A DNA stretch of 64,000 nucleotides from Bacteroidales bacterium (lineage in GTDB: Bacteria; Bacteroidota; Bacteroidia; Bacteroidales; VadinHA17). The stretch lies in assembly GCA_035527935.1 (NCBI GenBank), contig DATKZO010000048.1:58690-122689 (forward strand). The letters are read 5' to 3'. Position 1 is the stretch's first letter. Each line of letters begins with the position of its first letter. Below the pieces are notes generated by a model. That model saw only the letters and a program-made list of their open reading frames with translations. It ran no database searches and was not told where the DNA came from. Made by a program: the position numbers and the translations under genes. This document shows, in pieces, positions 1 through 8,406 of the stretch.

Positions 1-979
1 CAGCCTCAAGTCCAATAAGAAGGGTCAGGCTTCCGGTTCCTCTCTGGGTAAATCTGAAACCCTCATCCTCATGGTTATCCCAGTTGCCACCGGCTAGTGT
101 TGTCCAGACCTTCGGAGCCATGTCTTTCCTTATATATAGAAAACCATTCCCTGCCGGTGCCAGTATCCACTTGTGAAAGCAACCCGTATATGCATCACAT
201 CCTGTCTCCTTCAGGTTTACCTCTATATGACCAACAGCCTGGGCACCATCAAGAATTGTTATTATGCCCCGTTTCCTGGCCTCGGCACATATCTCCTTAA
301 CAGGAAGAATTGCACCTGATCCGGTTATAACATGCGATAACATCAGCACTTTTGTCCTGGGAGTAAATGCGTTAACAACCAGTTCAATAACCTGTTCCTC
401 GTTATGGATGGGTTTGGGTAATTCAACTATTTTAAATACTACTCCATCCCGCTTCTCTTTCAATAACCACGAAGATTGACCGCCCGGATGCTCCTGGTTG
501 CTTGTAAGAACCTCATCTCCTTTCATAAGGTCGATACCGCATCCCAGATAGCTCATCCCCTGGGTTACATTTTCTGTAAGGGATATCTCATCGGTATCGA
601 CGCGCAGAAGATCTGCGATTTTCTCTCGTATGTTCCTGTAAGGAAAGTACCCGCTCATCATACCTCCATCTCCCTCATAATCCCAGTCGGCAATATTCAT
701 TGCAACATGATGAAAATGTTCCATCATTCTTGATACCACAATCCTTGGTGATGCGCCAAGTGTGCCGGTATTGAAAAACACCTTATCCCTTGCAAGAAGG
801 AACTGGTCGCGCACCTTTATCCAGAAGTCAGGGTCGTCGTCAGAAGGAAGTCCCGGAATTCCGGTGAGTTTACGTAATTCCTTTACAGGCATCTGGTTAG
901 CGAGACTGCCGGAAGTAAGAACAGGCAATGCAAAAGCACCAAGAGCCATTGACTTTAATAATTCTCTGCGGGTCATCAT
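1..979 (-). CDS. Class V-fold PLP-dependent aminotransferase / cysteine-desulfurase-like enzyme with twin-arginine-type signal; 3' end cut by window edge
   Basis: The ORF runs off the left edge, so it is absent from the track. My reverse-complement translation from the ATG at 979-977 reads MMTRRELLKSMALGAFALPVLTSG (RR plus hydrophobic stretch) ... FFNTGTLGASP ... VLMLSHVITGSGAILP ... ILDGAQAVGH ... TGCFHKWILAP (His-Lys PLP-site context). The short + ORFs at 97-1007 are antisense shadows. Confidence 0.75.
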   Translation of the reverse strand, partial: MMTRRELLKSMALGAFALPVLTSGSLANQMPVKELRKLTGIPGLPSDDDPDFWIKVRDQFLLARDKVFFNTGTLGASPRIVVSRMMEHFHHVAMNIADWDYEGDGGMMSGYFPYRNIREKIADLLRVDTDEISLTENVTQGMSYLGCGIDLMKGDEVLTSNQEHPGGQSSWLLKEKRDGVVFKIVELPKPIHNEEQVIELVVNAFTPRTKVLMLSHVITGSGAILPVKEICAEARKRGIITILDGAQAVGHIEVNLKETGCDAYTGCFHKWILAPAGNGFLYIRKDMAPKVWTTLAGGNWDNHEDEGFRFTQRGTGSLTLLIGLEA

Positions 980-1030
980 GATAATCGAATTTTGGTTTGT
1001 TCAATAAATTTAGAATAAAAAATTGACTAA

Positions 1031-1053
1031 TAAAAAAGGTGCAGATCACCTGC
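1031..1053 (-). terminator. Weak candidate rho-independent terminator between the DUF1080 gene and the aminotransferase gene
   Basis: On the minus strand, AGGTG-atctg-CACCT (5-bp stem) is followed by TTTTTTATT. The stem is short, so this is tentative. Confidence 0.25.
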
Positions 1054-1169
1054 CTGAATCCAGACAGCCAATCATGCACCTCTTCTTAATACTATAATGT
1101 GAATATCTGTATCAGAGCATGAAATTTTTCACCCTGAGGCCCGGTAAAAGTTCTGAAGGTTACGGAATT

Positions 1170-1901
1170 TTACAGCTCTTTTATCTTTATGTTCCGGAAC
1201 CAAACATCATCACCGTGATCCTGAAGTCCTATGTAACCCTCTTGTGCAGGGTTCACAAATTCAGGCCAATCCCTGAATTTCGAATCTGCACACATCTCCT
1301 TCCATGCATCGGTCCAAAGATGATACTCAAGTATATTTTTGCCATTCTGCCAGTGTACTACTGTGCCCCTGTAAACCATTATTTTCACCTGGTTCCACTC
1401 TCCGGCAGGTTTTGTGTTCTGCGGAACTGCAGGTATCAGGTCATATAATGCGCCCGCCTTACGGTTACCATCTTTGCCTAAATTGGCATCAGGATGCTTT
1501 TCATTATCAAGAATTTGCATTTCCGGAGCAGACATATAGATCGGTTTGCCCTCAAGCTCCTGTCCCAGATAGAATATACCACTGTTACCTCCTTCAGAAA
1601 TTTTCCATTCCAGGGAAAGTTCAAAATTGCTGTATCTGTTTATTGTGATAATGTCACCTCCCCCGCCACCGGCTTCACCCATACCGGAACCGACACAGTG
1701 CAACGTACCATCTACAACCTCCCAGCCTCTCTCGGGAAAGGATTCTTTCATGTATCCACGGAAATTATCAGTTGAGGTACCGTCGAAAAGAACCACCCAG
1801 CCCTCATCAGTTGCTGCTTTTATACCCTTTTTTTTCGATCCGCATGAACCTGCAATAATTATCAACAGGATTAAAGATATCAGATAACTTATAATTCTCA
1901 T
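1170..1901 (-). CDS. DUF1080 (3-keto-disaccharide hydrolase family) lipoprotein
   Basis: 243 aa. It has a lipobox-like LLIIIAGSCGS. The body follows the DUF1080/PF06439 pattern (GWVVLFDGTS, GGNSGIFY, GLQDHGDDVWFRNIKIKEL). Confidence 0.85.
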   Translation of the reverse strand: MRIISYLISLILLIIIAGSCGSKKKGIKAATDEGWVVLFDGTSTDNFRGYMKESFPERGWEVVDGTLHCVGSGMGEAGGGGGDIITINRYSNFELSLEWKISEGGNSGIFYLGQELEGKPIYMSAPEMQILDNEKHPDANLGKDGNRKAGALYDLIPAVPQNTKPAGEWNQVKIMVYRGTVVHWQNGKNILEYHLWTDAWKEMCADSKFRDWPEFVNPAQEGYIGLQDHGDDVWFRNIKIKEL

Positions 1902-1925
1902 ATTTCTTTTTGTTTTAAATTAATA

Positions 1926-3428
1926 TCAATTAGTGATCTGCCTTGGCATCTCCGGTAGTGTCCAGCCATCCCTGTATGTATGCTTGATCATTTCATTGGC
2001 AAATGCCTTAGCGTTCATAGGGTCAGTATACTTGGTATGGAAAGATGGGTGCCCGTCGGTAATACTGAAAACATCTTCGGTCACGATCTTAATTTCATCA
2101 CTGTCGGAGATATTGGTAAACTCCATCCTGGCACCATCCCATTCCAGTTCTTTATTCAATCCCTGAAGACGAACGGCCAGCACTCCCATTACGACCATTT
2201 CATTAAATGGTCCTGCTTCAGCAAAATCAGATTTTGAAGGAATCCTGCTATCAGGACTCTCTTTACAGGCACGTGCCCAATCTAACTGATGTTCTTCATC
2301 CTTAACTCTTCTTTCAGACTTTGGCACATCCGGAACTCTTCCTGACATCAGCCAGGGGTTTCTTCCATAACATCCACATATAAGCTTGTCCCTGGTTCCA
2401 TGGAATATAACACCTCCATCCCAGTCACCGATCTCTTTTCCTTCAGGCCATCCTTCAGGTTTCATAGGCTTAAGTCCACCATCGTACCAGGTAACATCTA
2501 CTTCAGGAAGATTAATTTTATAATCCTTGCGTTTTTCTCTGGCCGGATATATCAGTTTTACTATTTCAGCATTTGGAGCACAATCGGTTAATAGCAGGGT
2601 ACTGCTCCCCTGAGCTTTAATTGGATAGGTTAACTTCAGGCTGGTAAAAACAGGGTGAAGTATATGACAGGCCATATCCCCGAGAGCACCTGTTCCAAAA
2701 TCCCACCAGCCTCTCCAGTTCCACGGGTGATAAATACTATTATAGGGACGTGGTTTCGTCGGGCCGATAAACAGATCCCATTTAAGCGTTTCCGGAACAG
2801 CCATTTCTTCTGTCGGGCGATTAAGTCCCTGTGGCCATATTGGCCTGTTTGTCAATGCCTCCACCTTTGTAATTTCGCCAATTTCCCCGTTTTGTATCCA
2901 TTCAATAACCTTGTTTACACCTTCCCCTGAAGCTCCCCAGTTACCCATCTGGGTGGCGACTTTATGCTTTGCAGCAAGATTTGTAAGGAGTCTTGATTCA
3001 TATACCGTGTGGGTCAATGGTTTTTCAACGTACACATGCTTACCCATATTAATTGCATTGGCAGCGGTAATGGCATGGGTATGGTCGGCAGTTGCAATAA
3101 CCACAGCATCTATTGATTTTTCCATTTCGTCATACATCTTCCTGAAATCCCAGTATTTCTTTGCTTTCGGGTAATTATCAAACTTTGCCCCCACATAGCC
3201 CCAGTCGACATCACAAACTGCAACAATATTTTCGGTTCCTGACAGAGCTCTTAGATCGGTATTTCCCATACCTCCAATACCGATACCTGCTATATTCAGC
3301 TTATCGCTTGGCGGAGTATATCCCATGCCACTTATAACGGAACTGGGAACTATAGACAATCCTGCAGTTACTGCTGCAGTTTTACTTACAAATGATCTTC
3401 TGGAAATCTTGGCCGGCTTTTCTTTCAT
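1926..3428 (-). CDS. Gfo/Idh/MocA family oxidoreductase, Tat-exported
   Basis: 500 aa. It has an ISRRSFVSKTAAVTAGL twin-arginine signal, a Rossmann motif NIAGIGIGGMG and YVEKPL (the EKP motif of the family). Confidence 0.85.
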   Translation of the reverse strand: MKEKPAKISRRSFVSKTAAVTAGLSIVPSSVISGMGYTPPSDKLNIAGIGIGGMGNTDLRALSGTENIVAVCDVDWGYVGAKFDNYPKAKKYWDFRKMYDEMEKSIDAVVIATADHTHAITAANAINMGKHVYVEKPLTHTVYESRLLTNLAAKHKVATQMGNWGASGEGVNKVIEWIQNGEIGEITKVEALTNRPIWPQGLNRPTEEMAVPETLKWDLFIGPTKPRPYNSIYHPWNWRGWWDFGTGALGDMACHILHPVFTSLKLTYPIKAQGSSTLLLTDCAPNAEIVKLIYPAREKRKDYKINLPEVDVTWYDGGLKPMKPEGWPEGKEIGDWDGGVIFHGTRDKLICGCYGRNPWLMSGRVPDVPKSERRVKDEEHQLDWARACKESPDSRIPSKSDFAEAGPFNEMVVMGVLAVRLQGLNKELEWDGARMEFTNISDSDEIKIVTEDVFSITDGHPSFHTKYTDPMNAKAFANEMIKHTYRDGWTLPEMPRQITN

Positions 3429-3561
3429 TATCTGGTGATTTATATTTATTTAACCTTTAAAATTAACAATTTCTATCTAATCAAAAGTTTATTTAATTAA
3501 AAAAATCCGGTTTTAATAAGTTGCAGAAAAAGGATAAATTGCAGTTAAATAAAAATCAGAT

Positions 3562-4038
3562 ATGCAACATAAGCACATCTCACTTGATGACAGGCCGGAA
3601 AAACGTATGGTAAGAGTAATAATGGTGATCTTCGGGCTTCTCTGTCTTTTTACATCAGGCTGGTGGTCTGTATACCTTCTTAAACTTCCTGATAACAATA
3701 ATAATATGTTCTGGTTGGCAACGCTTTTTCTTTTTCTGTTCGGATTATACCAGATCTATTCCGGGTTAGGATTAGCAACAAGGTATATGATATTCGAAGA
3801 AAAAGTATTTATAGTCAGACAGAACAGCCTTTTAACCCCAAAGAAATTTTACTCGGACAACATTAAAACTGTTGAGATCGGGTCTCATGATATTTCATTA
3901 CTTTTCAATGATGGCAGAAGGTACAGGATCAAACTCGGACTTAAATATCCTGACCTTGGTGAAAACATTAAAGAGAACATTATTGAGTTTGCAACGGGGC
4001 ATAAAATCGAGATCTTTTACAAACACCAGCCATTATGA
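3562..4038 (+). CDS. Small membrane protein (2 TM helices plus soluble C-terminal domain), function unknown
   Basis: 158 aa. Hydrophobic helices are VIMVIFGLLCLFTSGWW and FWLATLFLFLFGLYQIY. Its stop overlaps the next start (ATGA at 4035-4038), suggesting translational coupling. Confidence 0.6.
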   Translation: MQHKHISLDDRPEKRMVRVIMVIFGLLCLFTSGWWSVYLLKLPDNNNNMFWLATLFLFLFGLYQIYSGLGLATRYMIFEEKVFIVRQNSLLTPKKFYSDNIKTVEIGSHDISLLFNDGRRYRIKLGLKYPDLGENIKENIIEFATGHKIEIFYKHQPL

Positions 4039-5180
4039 GACTTAAAATGGGAATTATAGGTGGAGGACACGGTTCATTTATAGGGCCGGTCCACCTTATG
4101 GCAGCCAGGATGGATTCTATGATTGAACTGGTATCGGGAGCCTTCAGCAGTGATCCTGACAACTCAAAAAAAAGTGGAGAGGCGTTGGGGCTTGACGCAC
4201 AGAGGGTCTATTCCGGCTGGGAGGATATGATCCGAAAGGAGAGTCAGCTGCCGGATAAGGATCGTCCTGATTTTATTTGCATTGTGACACCAAATTTCCT
4301 TCACTTCAAACAGGCACTTGATGCCCTGAATGCAGGCTTCCATGTTGTCTGTGATAAACCTCTTTGTATTACAGCAGATGAGGCATTAATACTCCAGGAA
4401 GCAGTACAACGGAACAAAAGGATATTCTGTCTTACCCATAATTATACCGGCTATCCCATGATAAAAAAGGCAAAAGAACTGATCTGCAGCGGAGAACTTG
4501 GTACAATAAGGAAGGTGGTCACTGAATATCTGCAGGGATGGTTATCAGATAAGGAGGAAGTAAAGGGAAACAAGCAGGCCGAATGGAGAGCAGATCCTTC
4601 CAGGGCCGGTAATGCAGGGTGCATGGCCGACATAGGCACGCATGCTTTTCAACTTTCTGAATACCTCACCGGTAAACTTGTTGATAGACTTTTTTCACAG
4701 CTGAACAGCTATGTGGACGGGAGACTACTCGATGATGATGGAAATGTTATTCTCAATTTCGAAGATGGGATTCGGGGTACTCTAATAGCAAGCCAGATCG
4801 CTCTGGGTGAAGAAAATAACCTGAAGATAAGAGTGTACGGAACAAAAGGAAGCGTTACCTGGGAACAAATGTGCCCAAATGATCTTCTGGTAAGGTGGAA
4901 GGATGCCCCATATCAGGTATACAGGACTGCTACGAATTTCAATCATATTGGCAACTATGCTGGTAAACACTCAAGAATTCCTGCGGGACACCCTGAAGGA
5001 TTCATCGAAGCATTTGCAAACCTCTACCGCAACTTTGCGCTAAGGGTGATAGCCCGGAAAGAAGGCAGGGAATCTGATGAAATGTTCGACTTCCCTGGTA
5101 TTGAGGATGGTGTAAGAGGGATGAAATTCCTTGAAGCTGTAGTTAGATCTTCAAAGGAAGAGAGGTGGATTACCCTATAG
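4035..5180 (+). CDS. Gfo/Idh/MocA family oxidoreductase, cytoplasmic (no signal peptide)
   Basis: 381 aa. It starts with a Rossmann motif MGIIGGGHGSFIG and has a VCDKPL motif and the C-terminal alpha/beta domain typical of the family. Confidence 0.85.
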   Translation: MRLKMGIIGGGHGSFIGPVHLMAARMDSMIELVSGAFSSDPDNSKKSGEALGLDAQRVYSGWEDMIRKESQLPDKDRPDFICIVTPNFLHFKQALDALNAGFHVVCDKPLCITADEALILQEAVQRNKRIFCLTHNYTGYPMIKKAKELICSGELGTIRKVVTEYLQGWLSDKEEVKGNKQAEWRADPSRAGNAGCMADIGTHAFQLSEYLTGKLVDRLFSQLNSYVDGRLLDDDGNVILNFEDGIRGTLIASQIALGEENNLKIRVYGTKGSVTWEQMCPNDLLVRWKDAPYQVYRTATNFNHIGNYAGKHSRIPAGHPEGFIEAFANLYRNFALRVIARKEGRESDEMFDFPGIEDGVRGMKFLEAVVRSSKEERWITL

Positions 5181-5197
5181 GTGCAACTATTGATTTA

Positions 5198-5322
5198 CGA
5201 ATATCGATTAGCAATTTTATTTATGATCTGTTTTTAATCGGTATATAATCTTTTCAAAATCCCCGATATAAGCTTCCTGGAATACGCATCTTCTAAAATC
5301 AACATTCGCTAATCGATATTCG
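5198..5322. repeat. 15-bp perfect inverted repeat (CGAATATCGATTAGC / GCTAATCGATATTCG) with 95-bp AT-rich spacer between convergent genes
   Basis: The arms at 5198-5212 and 5308-5322 are exact reverse complements, read directly from the sequence. Confidence 0.8.
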
Positions 5323-5332
5323 ATATACCATT

Positions 5333-6172
5333 TCAGAGTATCTGGTTTAATAAATATTCCCTGCTGATTTTAATACTTTCAAGTGGGGTATGTGACCGGC
5401 AATCGTCCTGCTCAATAAAGAAGTACTTCATACCAGAAATCGCCGCGCTGTAGAATATGGGATTAAAATCAATTGATCCTTCACCCAGAGTAGCATCCTT
5501 ACCCTCATCTGACAGATCCTTGATATGCCACATCTCAAATCTTCCGGGATATTTCCGGAAGAAGTTCAACGGATCCTGGCCTGCTGCTACTATCCATGCC
5601 AGGTCGAGTTGGTAGGTAACAAGTTCCGGGTCAGATTCTCCTGCAAGGATATCAAAGGGGATAATACCATCGATCGCAATGAATTCTACCTGGTGATTAT
5701 GAAAGCCTAATCTGATACCTGCAGATCTGCATTTCTCACCCGCGCCGTTCATAAAGCCGGCAGCCTCCTTAAATCCATCCGGGGAGGAGGTCCAACTTCC
5801 TGGTAATGACGGGATAACTACATATTTCAGACCAGCATCAACGGAAGCCCCGACTACCTCATCAACATTGCCAGGATTGAGATCGTTATGGCTGCTGATA
5901 AGCTCCATTCCCCTATCCTCAATCAGCCCACGGAATTTTGACGGTTTCATATTATAAAATTTCCCGTCGGCATAACTGGCTGCTTCAAGCCAGTTAAAAC
6001 CAAGCTCAGCAATCCTGTCAAGCGTACCTTCCGGATCTGCTTTCATCTCATTTCTGACTGTATAGAGTATCAAACCGGTTTTAGGATCGGCCGGCATGCA
6101 TGATGAAATTGGTACAAATGATAACGCGGCAGTAGCGGTAACTGAATTCCTGATGAAGTCTCTTCTGTTCAT
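5333..6172 (-). CDS. Sugar phosphate isomerase/epimerase (xylose isomerase-like TIM barrel), Tat-exported
   Basis: 279 aa. It has a MNRRDFIRNSVTATAALSF signal and family-like motifs LGFNWLEAA, GFHNH and WHIKD. Confidence 0.8.
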   Translation of the reverse strand: MNRRDFIRNSVTATAALSFVPISSCMPADPKTGLILYTVRNEMKADPEGTLDRIAELGFNWLEAASYADGKFYNMKPSKFRGLIEDRGMELISSHNDLNPGNVDEVVGASVDAGLKYVVIPSLPGSWTSSPDGFKEAAGFMNGAGEKCRSAGIRLGFHNHQVEFIAIDGIIPFDILAGESDPELVTYQLDLAWIVAAGQDPLNFFRKYPGRFEMWHIKDLSDEGKDATLGEGSIDFNPIFYSAAISGMKYFFIEQDDCRSHTPLESIKISREYLLNQIL

Positions 6173-6184
6173 GGCGTAATATTT

Positions 6185-7783
6185 TTATACAATTTTTTCA
6201 TTTTCACGGTCCCACTGTACCCTTCTTCCTTCCCTGAAAGCCATGGTTCCCATATGTGCCGTTATGGCTTCCTCGAAAGCCTGGTCAATATTGCAGGAGG
6301 GAGTACCTCCATCCCTTATGCATGATAACCATTCCCTAATGTGAAGATGGGATGTGTCAACACGCTTTCCTCCCCGGTAGGTATATAACAATCCTCTGCC
6401 GGCAAAATATTGCTCCGTGGCCGAGGTAATTGCATCCACACTCTTTTTACCCGGAGTAAACGAGAGGATTGGAAGGGATGTATCAATTATACCATCTTTT
6501 ATCTTCTCTTTGTATTTTGTTGATTGCGGATCAGCATAGATCATCATCGAATTTCCAATCTCCATGCTGGCATCATGTCCCATAATTACTCTTCCCCTTG
6601 ATTTGCTACTGGCAAGTGTGGCACTATACATCATTGTCAGGTTTTGCTTCTCAAATTCGAACACCGTATGAAGAACATCAGGTACTGTGCGTCCATCCTT
6701 GAAAAAATATATACCACCCGATGACACGGCACTATCGGGAATACCAAAACCAAGTATCTGGTTCATTGCATCATACTCGTGAGTAAGAAGGTCGCCCGAA
6801 AGACCTGTACTGTAGTCCCACCAGCATCGCCACCTGAAGAATCGCTCCAGACTGAAATCATGCCAGGGAGCCTGACCGATAAATTGTTCCCAGTCAATAG
6901 TCTCAGGACCGGCTTCCGGGTGTATATCGTAAACCCAGGCACCATTTGGGTCGTTCCTGTTGGTAGTTACCTCTATCAGGTTCACCGGTCCAAGGACATT
7001 ATTGAGTATAGCTTCCTTAGCTTTAATGTAGGCCTCAGTCTGTCGATTCTGATGCCCAAGCTGGAAGACAATTCCGGATTCCCTGATGGCGTTTCTTACA
7101 TCATAAGTTTCACTCACCGACCAACTGAGTGGTTTTTCACAATAAACATGTTTACCGGCCCGTGCAGCTTCGATTGTTATTGGAGCATGCCAGTGGTCAG
7201 GTGTTGCGATTATTATCGCATCAACAAAATCAGCAGCTACGAGCTCCCTGTAATTTTTAAATATAACAGGCTTATCTGCCAGAGTAGCCCCCTCTCCTTC
7301 CCTGCTCCTGTTTGCGCCGGTTTCCTGTGCTTTTTTTGCATACACCGTAAAAATGTCGCAAACTGCAGTTATTTCAATATTAAGATCCTCCTGCTCAATA
7401 AATTCCTGGTGCCTCTTGTCCCTGCTGTTCTCTATCTCTGCATTCTTCAGTTTCTCAACATCACCGGGATGAAGAAAGCCAGCTGCTTTTGCCAGCTGAG
7501 GTCCCCTGATCCCGAATCCTACAAGGCCAATTCGGATCTTCGTATTTGATCCTTTTTTTTCAGGCTCATCAGGCTGATGATCTGGCATATTAAGTTCCTG
7601 CAGGATACTGCTTTTTAATTGCCTCTCATATTTCCGTTTCCGATAATAACCATAGGCAAATGCACCAAGCACAGGAACAGTTGCCAGTCCTTTGACTATA
7701 TCGCGACGGCTCATATTATGATTATCCGGATCTTCAGGTTGATTGAGATCCTGATTTTGCCCTTTATGATCTTTATCATTCAT
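6185..7783 (-). CDS. Gfo/Idh/MocA family oxidoreductase with RR-containing N-terminal signal/anchor
   Basis: 532 aa. It has MSRRDIVKGLATVPVLGAFAYG, a Rossmann motif IGLVGFGIRG and a YCEKPL motif. An alternative start at Met24 (7714) is possible. Confidence 0.85.
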   Translation of the reverse strand: MNDKDHKGQNQDLNQPEDPDNHNMSRRDIVKGLATVPVLGAFAYGYYRKRKYERQLKSSILQELNMPDHQPDEPEKKGSNTKIRIGLVGFGIRGPQLAKAAGFLHPGDVEKLKNAEIENSRDKRHQEFIEQEDLNIEITAVCDIFTVYAKKAQETGANRSREGEGATLADKPVIFKNYRELVAADFVDAIIIATPDHWHAPITIEAARAGKHVYCEKPLSWSVSETYDVRNAIRESGIVFQLGHQNRQTEAYIKAKEAILNNVLGPVNLIEVTTNRNDPNGAWVYDIHPEAGPETIDWEQFIGQAPWHDFSLERFFRWRCWWDYSTGLSGDLLTHEYDAMNQILGFGIPDSAVSSGGIYFFKDGRTVPDVLHTVFEFEKQNLTMMYSATLASSKSRGRVIMGHDASMEIGNSMMIYADPQSTKYKEKIKDGIIDTSLPILSFTPGKKSVDAITSATEQYFAGRGLLYTYRGGKRVDTSHLHIREWLSCIRDGGTPSCNIDQAFEEAITAHMGTMAFREGRRVQWDRENEKIV

Positions 7784-7795
7784 GATTTGTGATTG

Positions 7796-8338
7796 TCATT
7801 TTCTGAATATGAATCTGTCTATCCCTATTATCCTGCCTGTAGGAAACACCAGCAGAACAGCTAGCGCAAATAGTTCAATTAGATTCTTGTTAACCCATAA
7901 ATAGCTGCCTTCGGAAGGCACCGAGAATTTAAATCCGATCATTGGCGGATGTGAAAGATAATAGAAACCAAGAAGTATGATCCCCGCTATCACACTTATC
8001 CTGGTGAAGCAGCCCAGTAACAGGCCCAGACCTATTACGACCAGTCCCCATACATTCAGGAAATCGACAGCTTTGAGGAGATCCGGATTGGAAGCTAGCG
8101 AGTTAATAAAAACTGAAAACAGACCTCTTGAATCCAGAAGAAATCCTGCCGATGACCAGTCAGGATTAGCCAGTTTTGAAACTCCCTCATACAGGAAGTG
8201 CCATCCGATGAGTATCCTTAGTATTACAAGGATCGTCAGCTGTGTTAATGAGTAGTCTTTTTGAAGATATTGAGACATAGAGAAGTGTTTTTCATTATCG
8301 GTCAGATGCAAATTTATTACTTCTCTCCAATTGGTCAA
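7796..8338 (-). CDS. DoxX family membrane protein
   Basis: 180 aa with about 4 TM helices. LRILIGWHFLYEGVSKL is a typical DoxX N-terminal motif. It lies 12 nt upstream of the 6185-7783 oxidoreductase gene on the same strand. Confidence 0.75.
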   Translation of the reverse strand: MTNWREVINLHLTDNEKHFSMSQYLQKDYSLTQLTILVILRILIGWHFLYEGVSKLANPDWSSAGFLLDSRGLFSVFINSLASNPDLLKAVDFLNVWGLVVIGLGLLLGCFTRISVIAGIILLGFYYLSHPPMIGFKFSVPSEGSYLWVNKNLIELFALAVLLVFPTGRIIGIDRFIFRK

Positions 8339-8406
8339 GGCTGGTTGCTGAATATATTATAATAATTTCAGGTATTACTCTAACTTTACAAATAATATTA
8401 TCATTT

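Noticed and set aside
97-1007. Four short + strand ORFs (67-85 aa) tiling the left edge.
   Set aside because: They lie antisense to a continuous minus-strand frame with clear class V aminotransferase motifs. Their composition is typical of shadow ORFs.
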